Below are positions 1 to 19,496 of a stretch of DNA of 64,000 nucleotides, piece after piece; position 1 is the stretch's first letter, and each line of letters begins with the position of its first letter. This stretch comes from Takakia lepidozioides (taxonomy: Eukaryota > Plantae > Bryophyta): the NCBI GenBank assembly GCA_030704615.1, contig CM060733.1:7750001-7814000 (forward strand), written 5' to 3'. The notes beneath the pieces were generated by a model. It saw nothing but the letters and a program-made list of their open reading frames with translations. It had not been told where the DNA came from and did no database searches. The translations under genes were made by a program, and so were the position numbers.

Positions 1-288
1 ACTACCAAATAAATAGTTTTTCTTTTTTTTCTTTTTCTATTTCCGCCTACTGTTACTTACATTGGGAGCACTGGGATTCAAACTTGAAACTGGACGTGGG
101 AGCAAACAGCAAACCCTAATCCAGTCCCTTTCCCCTGTGGCGTGTTGGATCGCTCGCGCTTCGTTCCTTGCACGCATCATCAAACGACTCCAACTCGTGC
201 TCGTATTCATGTTGCAGATTTCTAGGTGTCGGCCTCGCCATACCCGCGTCTACTCGTGGCCCTCATTTGATTGCTGACACACTCAAGT

Positions 289-2595
289 ATGAGCTCAACG
301 GAGTCGGACTCGGAGTCGGCCAGAGATTTTCCCAGATCTGTAGAGGAAGAAGAGAAGACGGAGAATGGCAATTCACATGAAGAAAATGGGAACTTTATGG
401 AAGAAAATGGTCCTTCATCTCGCCGCTCTCCTGGCCGGGCCTCCAAATCTGCCTCACTTTTCTCTCTTGCGTTCCCTATATCTAGAGTTCGAAAGCTGGT
501 GAAGAGCGAGGGTGAAATTCAGTGGGTTGGCGTGGAGGCGGGTTTCCTTATTGCTAAAGCTGCTGTAAGTATTCTGGGTGTGTAATTTGGCACGAGAAAG
601 ATGATAAAGTGCTTAAGATGGGCTACAAAATACTTTTATCTCTAATTTCCAAGTCCTGCGGGTATATCAGGGCAACAATTGAACTTGGAAATGTAATGTT
701 TTGTTTCTGGACATCTCGTGGCTTTCTTGTAAGTGGCCATCACAAGCTCTGCCAGACTTCTGGACGTAGGAATTAAATGGATCAAGGCCTATAGGGGGCA
801 CACAGAGAGTTGGCTCTCTAGTATAGGTGTGTGAGGGAGATTATTGTCCTTCTGGATTTTTTCTGATTGGACCAGCTATACTCTTTCAAGCCAGAATAGG
901 AACTATGTCTCTGGGTCCAGTAGGGGACTCCGTTCTAGGAAATTTAAAATTCCTCATCATTTACGTATCTCTGAGCAACCACTTTGTGGTTAGCATTAGT
1001 TGGCCCTTGAGAAATCTCTTGGTCCACACAGGAGTTTTACAAAGTAAATGGTTTCATTCCATATCATCAGCTGAAGGGACTTAGGATGTTTTTGAGACTG
1101 GAGAACAAGTAACATTTCCTGCACACTTGCCTCTGATACATACTTCCATCTGGGTTTTATGAGTGTATTCTTACATGCAGCAGAATCAGTTGAACAAGGG
1201 CTACTTTGACTGTATGAGTATCAATGATCATATATTGATGCATGCGTGGAGGGGAAAGGGGGGACCATTTCAATTGAGGTGGCAAAGAAGTAAGCCAGAG
1301 GGGAAGTTTTGGCAGGATGGGCTCTCTATCAAGGATCTTTGCCAGGACAGTATTAAATTGAAGATTGAAGGGCTGGGGGAACAGGAACTGTTTTTGGAGA
1401 AGTTTGTGGAGGATGCGTTTGATAGGATGCAAGACAAAAAGCGTGCCTGTGTTGCCTACTCTGACTTATGTATAACTCCTCCATTTCCCTTTATTGGCTG
1501 CCACTGTTCTTGAAATATACTCAATGCTAGGATTTGCCAAAATATAGTTTGGATAGTAGAAATAACCTTATTATGGGAGTATACATTGAGAGAATGTACT
1601 CACAAGACATTGTTTGCTGGAGAGAGAGAGAGAGAGAGAAGTACCAAAAGGGTGTCACTATCAATGTAGGCTTGGGGCTATTGCTCTGCTGAGATATAAC
1701 CCCTCCCATTGTAGTCCTCAGTGTGCAGTACTCACAGTATTAAACTGCCATGGTTCTCTTGCCACTTAATGACATGTCTCAAACCCAATTTGGGCCAAGT
1801 GCATGGGAGGGTGAGAGTCAATACAAGAGAGAGTCAGAGAGCACTGGTAGATACAGATGGGCTTCTGTTCCAATTGTATGGTCTCTGAAAGTCCCTTTCC
1901 ACCAAAAAACTGGGCGTGAGGTCTACGGCCACAAGTCTACGGCAAACAATGTCTTCTGATTACATTTTATATAGTCTCTGAAAGGTTCATGGTTGAACTT
2001 CTCCAGTGATACTGATTGATTGTTTCAATTGTGCTGGACAGCATCCCATGTGGTGGGCACAGAGAGACTGGAGTTTCTGGCAGGTTAGCCATCTCTCTTC
2101 TTGTCCTTTCTCACTTTGTCACAGATGTAAGATCCATCTGATCCATCATATCAAACTCACATGTCTGTCTTTTGTTTTTCTCTGTATTTATCATACCTGT
2201 GTGAGAAGGAGGGCTAGGGTATTAGTGCAGATAGCACAGAGCTTTCCAATATGATATTGATGCCAGCCTTTAAATCAACCAATTGTTGTTGGCTGTGTGC
2301 AAGTGCAATGGCAATGTTGGGCTGGAGTTCATAGCCTGCAGGGTTGAAACCTCACAATCAGCACCTAGTGGACTAGTATCCAATAGGTATTGGTTTCAAG
2401 GGTATGTAGTAGCCAACATTTGCAGGGATGGGGCAATGAGTATCTCTCTCTTTTCTGCCATCTCATCTATCGGGCATCCTCATCTAACGTGGCTTCTCGA
2501 ATAAGGGTCTGGGATGTGGACTCTGTGCAGACTTTGTACCAGAGAAAATGTTGGTGTCAAGTATTCTACCTGGGAAAGCTATGGTGGAAAAGTAA
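289..2595 (+). CDS. Histone-fold protein, DNA polymerase epsilon subunit C / NF-YC (DPB3/CHRAC-like); exons 289-564, 1385-1469, 2042-2083, 2531-2595
   Basis: The spliced frame reads FPISRVRKLVKSEGEI..EAGFLIAKAA|ELFLEKFVEDAF..KKRACVAYSDL|SSHVVGTERLEFLA|DFVPEKM..EK*, a typical H2A-like histone fold. All introns are GT-AG and phase-compatible. Confidence 0.85.
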
Positions 2596-3479
2596 GACAT
2601 CTCTCCAAAAGAGCATGGTAAGCAACCAAACATGGCTTTTGTATATATAAATTGAGTCTATGTGTGAGACAGATTCCACTGGCTTCTTTTGTAAACTGGT
2701 TATCTCAGAGCCTAGAACCAGGAACTAGAAAATGAGTTTTTAAATGCGACACTTTCTGGTATTTGTGTTGCACTGGAGAATCTTTTGCTGAGAGATTTTT
2801 GATAAGAACTCTCCAATACTGGGACGGAAGTCAGTGGTGATCTTGCACAATAGATCGATCAGTTTTTCATTTAAGCAGGACGCCCCTCTGGTTGGGTGCT
2901 TGTGGCTTGCCTGTGCATAACTGGGGTGATCCTTCAAAATGGTCCAACTGTCCATAGACCCTTCATGATTAGTCTCTGTAAATTCACTAGATTTTTAAAA
3001 AACTTTATGATTTTGCCTATTTGAATCAGGAGTTGTGTAGTAGAATGAGAATCTAAACCAGCTTAAAGATTTATGCTAGTGAAACCATTGTGGTGGCATG
3101 TTTGCTGAATCAGTCTTGCTAATTGGTATTTTTATCTTGATTTGAAGAAGATTAGTTTATTTTCATTCAGTTTGTTTTCTTCCTTGCATGGGGGGATAGG
3201 TAGAAGGTTGTCAGGAAAGAACGCTGGAAAATGATAAATGAGGTATGCCTACAAGTTCCTTAAAAACTGTAAAATATTTCTGGCAGAAACTGTTTTAATG
3301 ATGTTTTTTTCGGCCTGATCAGCACTGCGGATTGCTTCAAGTCCAAATTCTCAGCATTGTTAGATTTTGTTTTCAGAAATTAATATTATAAAACAAGAGA
3401 GGAGTACAAGTTGAGAAGACAATTGATGACTGCATAAGTTACTGGTGACAATACCAACCCTGATTGCCTAGATGGTTCT

Positions 3480-4030
3480 TTTTAATTATTTTATTTTATT
3501 TATTTATAAAGAATGGAAGCCCTGAGAATATATTAAAAAAATGGGGGGTGGGGGGTACAAACGGTGGAAAAATAACCACCGAGGAGCCATGGCGGAAGGC
3601 AAGGACGCATGGGGAAACTCCCAGGACCTAGGGGAACTGAAGGAGAGAAAATAGAATGGGAAGGGGGGGGGCGCAAAGAGTAGCCTTCTCAGGACATAAG
3701 AAAGTTGAGAGCAAGAGAGACAGCACAGTCTACGTAATGAAGTGTGCTGGAAGGAGAAGAGAGAGACCTAGGCAGCACATCCAAAATCTAAGTGGGCCTT
3801 GGATTTGGATAAGCTGAGCTTTTGAGGACGGCAGTTTATCTCCGGGTCATCGCAATCCACAGGAGATTTGCCAGGGGAGGGGGAGTTCTGACTGCCACGA
3901 GATGGTCGAAGTAGATGTGCAAGTGCAGAGGACACCGTTTTTGCCCCAAGAGTTGTCGAAAGCCGAAAGTAGCTGCAGTTGATGGGTTTCAGTCAAAGAT
4001 TGGTAACGCTGTTCTGTTTGGATTAACATC
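3480..4030 (-). mobile_element. Possible highly decayed LINE 3' end remnant
   Basis: T-rich tail at 3480-3510 and weak zinc-finger-like residues (AHLDFGC) on the minus strand; no intact ORF. Confidence 0.25.
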
Positions 4031-4285
4031 ACCTTTTATTACCTCTCCTTTTGGGTTTCTCTCCTAATGACAATGACTACTATGGCTGCCTCCAATTGCT
4101 GGGTTCGAATTGGAGGGGCTTGGGTAGATAGAAAACTAGTTTTACTGGCTAAAATTCAATATCTGAAGACTTCAGAACTTTTTGACAGTGGACTAAGAAA
4201 AAGAGAACAGAGTTGTTTCAAGTGAACAAACTGTTGTGGAAAATCCTTCATTACATTGATGAAGTGGACAATATTCTAACCTCTA

Positions 4286-5371
4286 TCATATTACATGGCT
4301 ACATACATTGGGTTCAAAACTTATCCCCCGAAATTGAAAGTTATCTTCTTCTAGCAATTGAACATCATCTCTACAAATTTCCAGCCTTTGTGGACGGCAA
4401 AGCGGCCACCATTGCCAGGTCTTCTGGCTTATGTTGTACAGTACTGCAGGCAGGCTACCATCAGAGCCCCTAATAGTGAAAAATATAAAATCGCCACTTC
4501 CGAAAGAGAAGAGGGCCTTTGAAGGAGGCAGCACCATCAGTGAAAGAAAGGGTCTGCAATACTCCTCCTTGGGCATGCATGCTGTAACAGCCCATTCTTG
4601 CTTTGCATAATCCAGCTCCCATATCCTTATTTGTGTTTCCTGGGTCTTAGAATTGTCACACCGCATTTGAATACCACCCATTAGAAATAGTCTTCCTTGC
4701 CACTCATATAGAGATGGAGCAATGGGATTCTTAGGTGGCATTTTAATGTTGAGATCGACCCACATGTTGTGCTTCAAGTCATATGCTAGAAGAAGGTATG
4801 GTGGAGTAGCTGTTAAACAAAAGAAGTATCCTTTGTAAAACTGCATATGCCCTCGCCCAACGTAGTTGCCACCCTTTGGAGGGGTGTCTTGTACTGTCCA
4901 TCTGTTGCTCCTGGAGTCAAATTTTTCCACAGCTAATCTGTGAGAGAAGGGATTGATTATGTCACCATAGAGAAAAATCTGAAACGAATTGGATGTCGGG
5001 TCGTGGGTCATGCCAACTGCCTGGATGGAATTGAGCTGGCGCATCGGAGGTAGCTTTCTCCACTCTTGTGTGAGAGGGTTGAGAACCACAACGTAGTTGC
5101 ATGTGAACCATTCGTGAGCGAAGCACAAGAGACCGCCAGCCGAGGCCACCACACAGTACTGGGGTGCGTCAAATGGGATGGGCACAGTATGCCAATCCTT
5201 ACACGAAAGATCATAAGCTTCCAATTTTTCACTAGTTGATGACATAACAATCCACGGCTTCACTGACGAGTTCTTTCCAGAGAGTGCATGGCAGTCCTTA
5301 GAGAGTGCATGGCAGTCCTTGGAGAGTCCACGAGATTTGGAGCTCTCTTCCTTGCTCATTATCAAATCCAT
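4286..5371 (-). CDS. Kelch-like/F-box-associated beta-propeller protein (plant F-box/Kelch family C-terminal domain); start uncertain, frame is open to 5743
   Basis: Single-exon ORF with KPWIVM..AYD..W, VASAGGLLCF, VVLNPLTQEWRKLPPM, VEKFDS..W, LLAYDL..W, GRLFLMGG, IWELD..W and FEP near the C-terminus. Confidence 0.8.
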   Translation of the reverse strand: MDLIMSKEESSKSRGLSKDCHALSKDCHALSGKNSSVKPWIVMSSTSEKLEAYDLSCKDWHTVPIPFDAPQYCVVASAGGLLCFAHEWFTCNYVVVLNPLTQEWRKLPPMRQLNSIQAVGMTHDPTSNSFQIFLYGDIINPFSHRLAVEKFDSRSNRWTVQDTPPKGGNYVGRGHMQFYKGYFFCLTATPPYLLLAYDLKHNMWVDLNIKMPPKNPIAPSLYEWQGRLFLMGGIQMRCDNSKTQETQIRIWELDYAKQEWAVTACMPKEEYCRPFLSLMVLPPSKALFSFGSGDFIFFTIRGSDGSLPAVLYNISQKTWQWWPLCRPQRLEICRDDVQLLEEDNFQFRGISFEPNVCSHVI

Positions 5372-7658
5372 TCGATGTGGTCTATGAAACGTTGCAGGCG
5401 CTGTTTGTTTCACATCTTTCATCGGTCGAAACACCATGATTAGTACTAGAGTACCCTCTGCGTGCTTGATCGCTCCCAGCACCGATGGTATACACCGATT
5501 GATCCAGGATTGCGCCGATCCACACTCCCTACAACTCGTTGAACACTCTTGGCGATACGGTTTCGACCGTGATGACGACTGGACCTCGAGTGTGCGCACT
5601 TTTTTCTTCCGGGAAGAAGCTTCCAGCACCAAGATCCACGCCAATTGCAGCACCAAACTGTAATCCTGTAAAGACTGCTGGAGGGATGGAATTGCTACGA
5701 ACATGCTCCAAAACCCAAGAGAAGACACACACTGTATCTGCATTCGCGATCACGAAACAGTGCTTCCACACCGATGGAAGAGACCTGTAGACTTTATATC
5801 TGCTCAAGATCTCGAGAGGAATGCTCGGATACTCTGGAATAACTAGAGGAAAAGCTGACGAGTTCATACCAACTTATAGCCGATCACCGCTCATTGGGCC
5901 GAAAGAGATGGAGCCAGCCTTTTGTGCACGAAGCTTCGTCCAAATTAAGGGGGACTGTTGGGTCCCACCGACTCTGATTTTCCTAACGAGATACTATCCA
6001 TAGCAAATTCTTTACATATCTTCTTTGTTTGTCTCGTCTTTTTCGGTTTTGGATTGGACCTGCTCACAATAAAGAACTCAATTTGGTACTTTTGTCTGTC
6101 GATGTTTCAGATTACTAAGTTAGTGAGAACTTCAGGTCGGCTCTACACACGATCCCAATAAAAAACTCAAGATTAATCAAGTCTGATCGAAAAAATAGGA
6201 TCTTCCTCACTTCACTGGGGTGACAGCGGGCGCAATCAACAAACCCATGATATATAGAACTCGGTGAATAACTCGGTGTAAGATAATGTATGGGAAGTAG
6301 AGGAGTTGGGTGCTTCCAGGAAGGAAAAGCAAGTCGGTGTGGCTTCACATCAGAAGTCGAAAAATTGGCGTGGGCACCACGCAAGTTTTGCAGATCTGGA
6401 CAAGGAAGCTTCAGCGTGCGCCTCATTAACCTCACTTGCACCCCGACTCTAAACTCGTTTAAGTATTTCTAATGATGTACTAGAGCACCTGACATCGAAG
6501 GCCTCTGGAGAGATTTGGGAAGTCTCCATGTTTTGGAAGGGAGGATTACAAGGACGCAGGAACCTGTCCATGTGCAGGTGGAAATGAGCTTTTGCCTGCT
6601 CTCTTGTTAAGTAATTCAATTACTTGGACTACTATCCAAGTCCCCTACATTCCAGTGCTGTAGCTTTCCTTTCCAAGACCAGGGCGACATTCATTGGTAG
6701 TACGTCACTTTCCTTGTTACATACTGGTGAAATTTTAAAATACCTGCCGGACATGAGACTGAACGTTCCAGGAGTTGGTACTTGGTAGGTTCCAGTTTGG
6801 AAAGCAGCTTTCTAGCTGGCTGTGCGTGGTAGTCACCCTCCCTACACATCATAGCAGCATTTCATGTTCGACATGACATTTCTCTGACAGCTTGCTGCTG
6901 TGACCATATTTTGATCAAAACGACCATATATTGATATATCAAACACCAAGTTCTTAAGTTGATCTGGATCGACAATCCCAGCTGTCCACATTGCACGCGC
7001 ACCACTTCATTTTACGAATCTCTGGTTGAGCTAGCTGCCTCCTTCATAACCACTCCTGAAAAGAGAAACCGCGAAAATAGTGACCCTCAAATATCGAATC
7101 ATTCCCTATCCAATCCAAGTCCACGCAGTCGCTTGTTAACATGAAATCAAACATATCTCAACATCAACTAAACAATGATAGAATCCAGTAACCTTGCCCC
7201 ATCCGCTCGAATTTCTCAAAAAACAATCCCGCAAGTAGAAAGAAACCATGGACCACAGTGTACCTGCAACCGATCACACCGTCCGTCGATTCTTCCTCCA
7301 GCCAAGCAATTAAAACCTGATCCGCGGTTATCAACAAACGGGGACGAATTACGTTTTCTACATCGATAGCCATTTGGAAGCAGACTTCAATCATACTCTC
7401 AGAATATCAGATACACCTGAAAGAGGAAACTCAGAAATCTACCAAGACGTAAAGCACATCTGGGCATAACAGCTTCACATCTGGCCATCGGTGACCCAGC
7501 TTCACCGCATTCGATCTCCAGGTCTCCATTACAAAATCCCAAGTTTCAGAAGTAGAGTCAGCCACGCAGGCCAAGCTCATCACGACGCTGCGAAAAATCC
7601 TTTGTTCGCTACATTGAGATCGTGGTAGGAACATGTTCTCGTATTGTGAACGTTCTAA

Positions 7659-14122
<6,464 letters not shown>

Positions 14123-16192
14123 CATTTGTAGTCAGCATATCTAATTCATTGCATGTCAACCCGCATCGATCCTCACTGACGTTGATCAATGTTATTCTTT
14201 CAGGAAGGCTTGTTATGGAGAGAGAATGCACAGTTAGTGTGGCACCCTCCCATTACACAGTTATGTGGACTCAAACCTGTGGGCTGCTGCCCTCCACTAT
14301 CGATCAGTGAGCTGTCACAACTTGTAGGGCAGGCATCTTTCACAGTTAAAAACGTGCAAAACTTAAGATAGATGAACCTCTCAATACCGCTGCAGGGAAA
14401 GGAGAAAGCAGCACTAACAAACCGCATGGTTTGTGTTGTGTGAGATGCCTTCGAACAGGCTCTGCTGTGTTCATCCTAGTCTATGCCATGGAAAGTGAAC
14501 ACTTCGCCCAGTGGTGCTCCACTCCACCACCCTCCCTTCTACGCCCTACAAGTATTGAAGATCTTTGTCTTTGTAAAATCATCCTATCATGTGCATGCTA
14601 CGACTCTGTTTCATGAATTATGATGTCTCTATCCTGCTAAAGCCCTTGCCATACCTCTATCTGCTTGCCCACCTTGAAACCAGCTAACCTGCCAACTGTC
14701 TGCTAATGCTCTCATATCCCTCGTTATCTCAACCAGTCTTTTCTCAGCTAGTCTTTGACTTCAAAGCTTTGTGGTGTGACCGTTAACTGATCTCAACAAA
14801 CAACGCTCAGGTGTTGTGTTCTTCAGCCCCTCCCACCGACCATGTCCAGCTATCTCAGTGTTGCCCACTATGGCATGGTCACTTACTTGTACCTACCTCT
14901 TGTCTGAAAGCTGTTAAGTACTGTTGTGTAATCAATCCATGTTTGTCTGATGAGCTATTTCCATCACACAAGGCGCAATGGCAGAGTCTGCATCATTTGT
15001 CATCTAAAGGTCTCTCAATGGGTTCCGTTATGGTCACTTCACCATTTGAACTCTGATGACTACCTGCTGCCTAGAAGCTCACTCCAGCAGGTCCTTGGTC
15101 AATTGTGAGTTGCTATGGAAAGAAGAAAGAACTGGGACCGGGCATGAAAGGCATGCCCCACCTCCTTTCATGGCTCACACCACCTTTTCTAGTACATTTT
15201 GTCCCATTTTTAAGGACCACAAAAAGACGAGGCTGACTATGCCTAGATGGTGGTTCCGCAGGTGGGCCTGCTTCTTGGAGCTGCTGAATTCTTGGAGAGA
15301 GGTGCTTGCAAGGTGGTCACGTAGACATTGTTCTTGTGTGTGGACAGAAGCCTTTGACTACATGTCCTGATGTGTCTCTCTTCCTGCTGTCGCAGTGCAT
15401 GGCCCATGGCCCATCACGTTTGTATCTTCTATGCTCATATGTCCCACCAGCGTTGCGATGGAAGGACGGCTTCACCTGAATGAGAAAAGGATTCCAGTGA
15501 TGCTAGACAATGTCGCCCACATCTGCCTCTCGAGTCAGTTTGGTGCTGGGCATGGACTTCAACTTTGTAATAGTTTGATTCAGTCAACCTTCTTTCAATT
15601 GTGGGCCGCCACCATCAGGGACTGATCTCTTTCCCAGATGCTTCAAGGACAAAACTACACATGCAGATCCTATCTTCAATATTAGGTTTTCCGCTGTTGT
15701 TCTCAAGGACACTGTCGATGTCTTGTCTGATTGTGCAAAGACTGTTCAAATGCACACGTTCCTCTGTTAGTGGTGTCTATCTCCTCCTTAAATCGAAGCC
15801 TAGTAGGCAGTGCAGGACCCGAGAGACAAAACGACTCCCTTCCTTCCGAATCCGAGATTCGCACAGCGGGCTCTCTGGAACGTCCCGACTCGTCCAATGC
15901 GGGTTGAAACAACTCCATTTGCGTCTACATTGTACAGCGGCCATGATTACTATCTAGGAGTTTCACTTTCCACTTTTGAAACTGTGGACATGACCCTGCG
16001 CACATTAATGAGTGAAGCGTTAGAGCATTAACACCAGCCCACATATCGAAAGAGCTCTCTTCTATTCGCTAGCAGGGATTCTTAGTCTGCAGAGGAAAGT
16101 AGATATCAGTAGATCTATCAATAACGACACCGAAGACATCAAAGAATTTGATCACATCTATAAATTTTCGATTTGAATTCTTGTTCTAGAGA

Positions 16193-17059
16193 ATGGCTGC
16201 TAACACTGCAGAAGGGACTGCATGTATCAGGGGAAGGGAGGTTCGTCGAAGGGATGTTAACCTCCACCTGCATGTATGCAGCATAGGTCTGCTAGTTTCT
16301 TTCTTCTTCGCCCAGTGTACTGCATGGACATGTTATAAGGCATCTAGAGATGCACTGCTTGAATTCAGAAATGCTCTCATCGATCCTACAGACACACTTT
16401 TTTCAACTTGGGATGCTGGTGAAGACGACTGCTGCAAGTGGCAGCATGTTACGTGCGTGGCAGGTCATGTGACCATGCTCAGTATAGTGGCGTTCAACTC
16501 AACCTCGGGGGAAGGAGAAGTGTATCGGAATACGAGCTACACGGGAAGGCAGCTGGGATCATCACTAGTCGACCTGCAAGATCTCCAAACACTGAAACTT
16601 CAGTGGATTTCATTCAATTGCACAATTCCAGCGGACTGGGGTTCGTTCTGCAGCATAACCTCGATAACTCTGAACGACTGTGATTTGCAGGGCTCGATTC
16701 CTTCCAACCTAGCAAATGTAACTAATCTGCAACACGTGGACTTGGAATCCAACACTTTGACAGGCTCGATACCCGGGGAGCTCTGCAATCTCAAACATCT
16801 CAATTACTTGGATGTCGCCTACAACGATCTGAACGGAGCTGTCCCCAGTTGCCTTTATAGCGCGTCGGGTATAACGACTCTCCTTACTGGTCATCAAGCG
16901 GAAAGTACCCCAGCTGATAGCGGAGGCGGAGGCGGTAGCGTTAGTGGATCGGGCGGCAGTGCGTCTAGTGGGGCTTACTTATCCGGCCACCTCCCTTTTC
17001 TCTCGCAAACACTAGGACTACTAGTATTTGTGATTTTCCAGCTCGGTTACCAGCTATGA
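16193..17059 (+). CDS. Extracellular LRR protein (LRRNT + ~4 plant LRRs), probably GPI-anchored
   Basis: Hydrophobic signal-like segment, LRRNT (ALLEFRNAL..W..DCCKWQHVTC), LxxLxLxxNxLxGxIP repeats, G/S linker and a hydrophobic C-terminus. Confidence 0.85.
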   Translation: MAANTAEGTACIRGREVRRRDVNLHLHVCSIGLLVSFFFAQCTAWTCYKASRDALLEFRNALIDPTDTLFSTWDAGEDDCCKWQHVTCVAGHVTMLSIVAFNSTSGEGEVYRNTSYTGRQLGSSLVDLQDLQTLKLQWISFNCTIPADWGSFCSITSITLNDCDLQGSIPSNLANVTNLQHVDLESNTLTGSIPGELCNLKHLNYLDVAYNDLNGAVPSCLYSASGITTLLTGHQAESTPADSGGGGGSVSGSGGSASSGAYLSGHLPFLSQTLGLLVFVIFQLGYQL

Positions 17060-18229
17060 ACTCCTAAGCTTTTCACCTTTAAGTGTAAAATTTCCACACT
17101 GGTACTAAGATCAAGTTTATGTGTGTACAGACGCACACTAGATCGATGCTATGCTTTCCAAGGGCTCCATGGGGTTTATACCAGGCGAAGTAGAAGGACA
17201 GGAAACCCTACTTACTAGCAAAACATAATGTTTTTGCTAAACATGTGAGAGTATGTCCACAAGTACGTGCCTGTGCCACTTTCTCTCTGGATAGTCGTTT
17301 GATGGCCAAGGCGCTATATTTCTGATGTTGCTCCCTAGCCCTCAGGGCAATTGTTTCGGAGATGTTTGATCACCTGTGTCGTCGTGTGAATTACAGCTGT
17401 AGAAGTACTATTCTGTCCAAGTTTAACTTGAAGGGAAGAATCTCACACCCACTAGCTAGATCTGTTGAGGTCTGCATATTGGACATTCATGAGGTGACTT
17501 ATCTGAACCTCGAGCGGGATTTATTTGATTTGTGAGGAGGACACTCGTTTGATCCATACAAGGAGGACTGTAATGCACGAACGGATGGGTAAATTGCATT
17601 AGACCATGTTTCCTGACTCGGATGTGAGTTCTGAAGTCAGAATTCGTAGCCATGTGCAGATTACAGTCAGATTGTGCTGTACGGGCTCAAAGAAAACTCT
17701 CTATTAGATGATCATTCATATCTCTCCCCCATGTCCATCTTCTGATTCACAAGGTATATATTATCTGCTTGCATGGGAGATGATACCCCGGGGCCTCGTG
17801 TGCTGCTGCAAGAAACAAGTTTCAACATGTATCGCCTACTAAACTGTGATAACACTACTTGTCAGTGCAAGTTGAGTTACTCAAAGCTCTGATGTTTCTG
17901 AAATATTAATTTCTGCACTTGATGAGCTGAACTTTCGCTGTATTTCTAGGTTGTTTGTTGAATTTCCGTCCTGTACTGGTTTGCCAGCTCTGGAAGATTT
18001 TCGACCATCGGATTGAATAGATCTAGAAGGTTCATTATGCAGAGAAGGATTGTAAACACCTGAGAGAAAACTGCTGCTTGTGTGTATGTACGAATTGTTT
18101 TTCGAGCCAATGTAGATAGGTTCATATAGCTAGTGATGCACTGTAACCAGCCTTGCACTGGTAAATTATAACTGTTCCCCCCCTCTGATCAAGACGAAGA
18201 CGCCGAAGACTTCGAGCAGTGCTTCCAAA

Positions 18230-18470
18230 TGACCCATGTTAGTGTATCCTCGCGGTGATCTTGCTGTGTGGAAAATGCTAGCAAAGATACATCAGCCTGG
18301 TTTTTTGGAAAGAAGTGTGGTCCCAGTGGCATGTGCAGTGCACGGGAATGCGACTTCAGGAGTACAATTAAAACTGTGCAAACATGGAACCATTCAGCTA
18401 AACTTGAGCTTTGCAACGCCGTTGGAAGTTCCTCTTGATGCTTGCCAAATCTCTGTCAGATGATTAGGAA
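18230..18470 (+). pseudogene. Possible degenerate PLS-class PPR fragment
   Basis: ERSVV..ACAVHGNATSGVQL..GTIQLNLSF..LDAC resembles PPR motif spacing; flanks contain stops. Confidence 0.25.
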
Positions 18471-19496
18471 GGGAGGGATCTCATACTCTCGCTCCCACAA
18501 TTAAATTCTCTACGTGTTTTGTGGGTGGAGTTGATTGTGCATGATGTCTCGTACAAACCAACTCATCTACCACCATATATGACTGTATGATGCTGAAGCT
18601 GCAAGTGCCTAGACAGAAAGAGATCAGATGTATGCACGCACGAGGGCTGGACAAACCACTTGTGCTCGGAACAACGGTCTCCATCCGAGTCTGGACATAT
18701 GGTTTGTAAACAATTTACACCCATACTGTTTACTATATTTTACCCTGGCGGTTGGAGACAGCTACATTACGACTGCGCCATGCATCAACAGGAGGTGATC
18801 TGCATCTCATGCATGCTCATTTTCAGGCTCAGATTTATTTCAAGGAGAGAAAAATGAGTGCAGCCGTTAAGCCTACGGGACGAAAGGAGGGACCATGTAC
18901 TCGTTGATCGTTCCCTATGTTTCATATCGGCAAGCGATTGGCCAAACAGCTATGGGCAACCTACTTAATGGGATCATGAATGAGGAGGGAGTCTAGATGA
19001 GTCCGAGAGAAATTCCCATTTGAGGGGGTCTGGCGGGACTGGACAGGGGTGCCGGTCCTGTCCCGGGGTCCAAGACTGTCCCGGGGTCCAGAATATTGGA
19101 GTAGATAGGTACGTAGAGGGAAGGATTGAGATTTCCTTCCAACTGTATAAGCCCAATCCGCAATCTTGAGATTGAGGAGCCAATTTCATAGCTCACAGGG
19201 CTATATTGTTTGTAACTGCAACTGCTTTGAAACATCAACTTCATCCGGAAACAATACGCTTGGAGGTAAAAATAGACCACTATTAAAAGTACCTCCAGGG
19301 TGGTAAAAGTACGTTTAAAATAGAATTATCTTAAAATACCTCTTGCCATGCACACAGGTTTAGACAGCAAGCACTGCTTATGTAGAAAGGGGCTCAGAAC
19401 CGAGTATTCTTCTCTTCAGTTGCTGCCGAGCTTTGCTGTTTCACGTCTTTGCTTTTCACGGTGGGAGTGGAAGGGTTGCAGCTACGCACAGCCGCC

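Noticed and set aside
5529-5867. ORF with PLEILSR as the missing F-box
   Set aside because: Different frame, poor match to the F-box consensus and no clear splice path to the Kelch ORF.
14800-15700. Possible decayed RT remnant (EAFDYMS)
   Set aside because: A single weak motif with no supporting collinear RT motifs.
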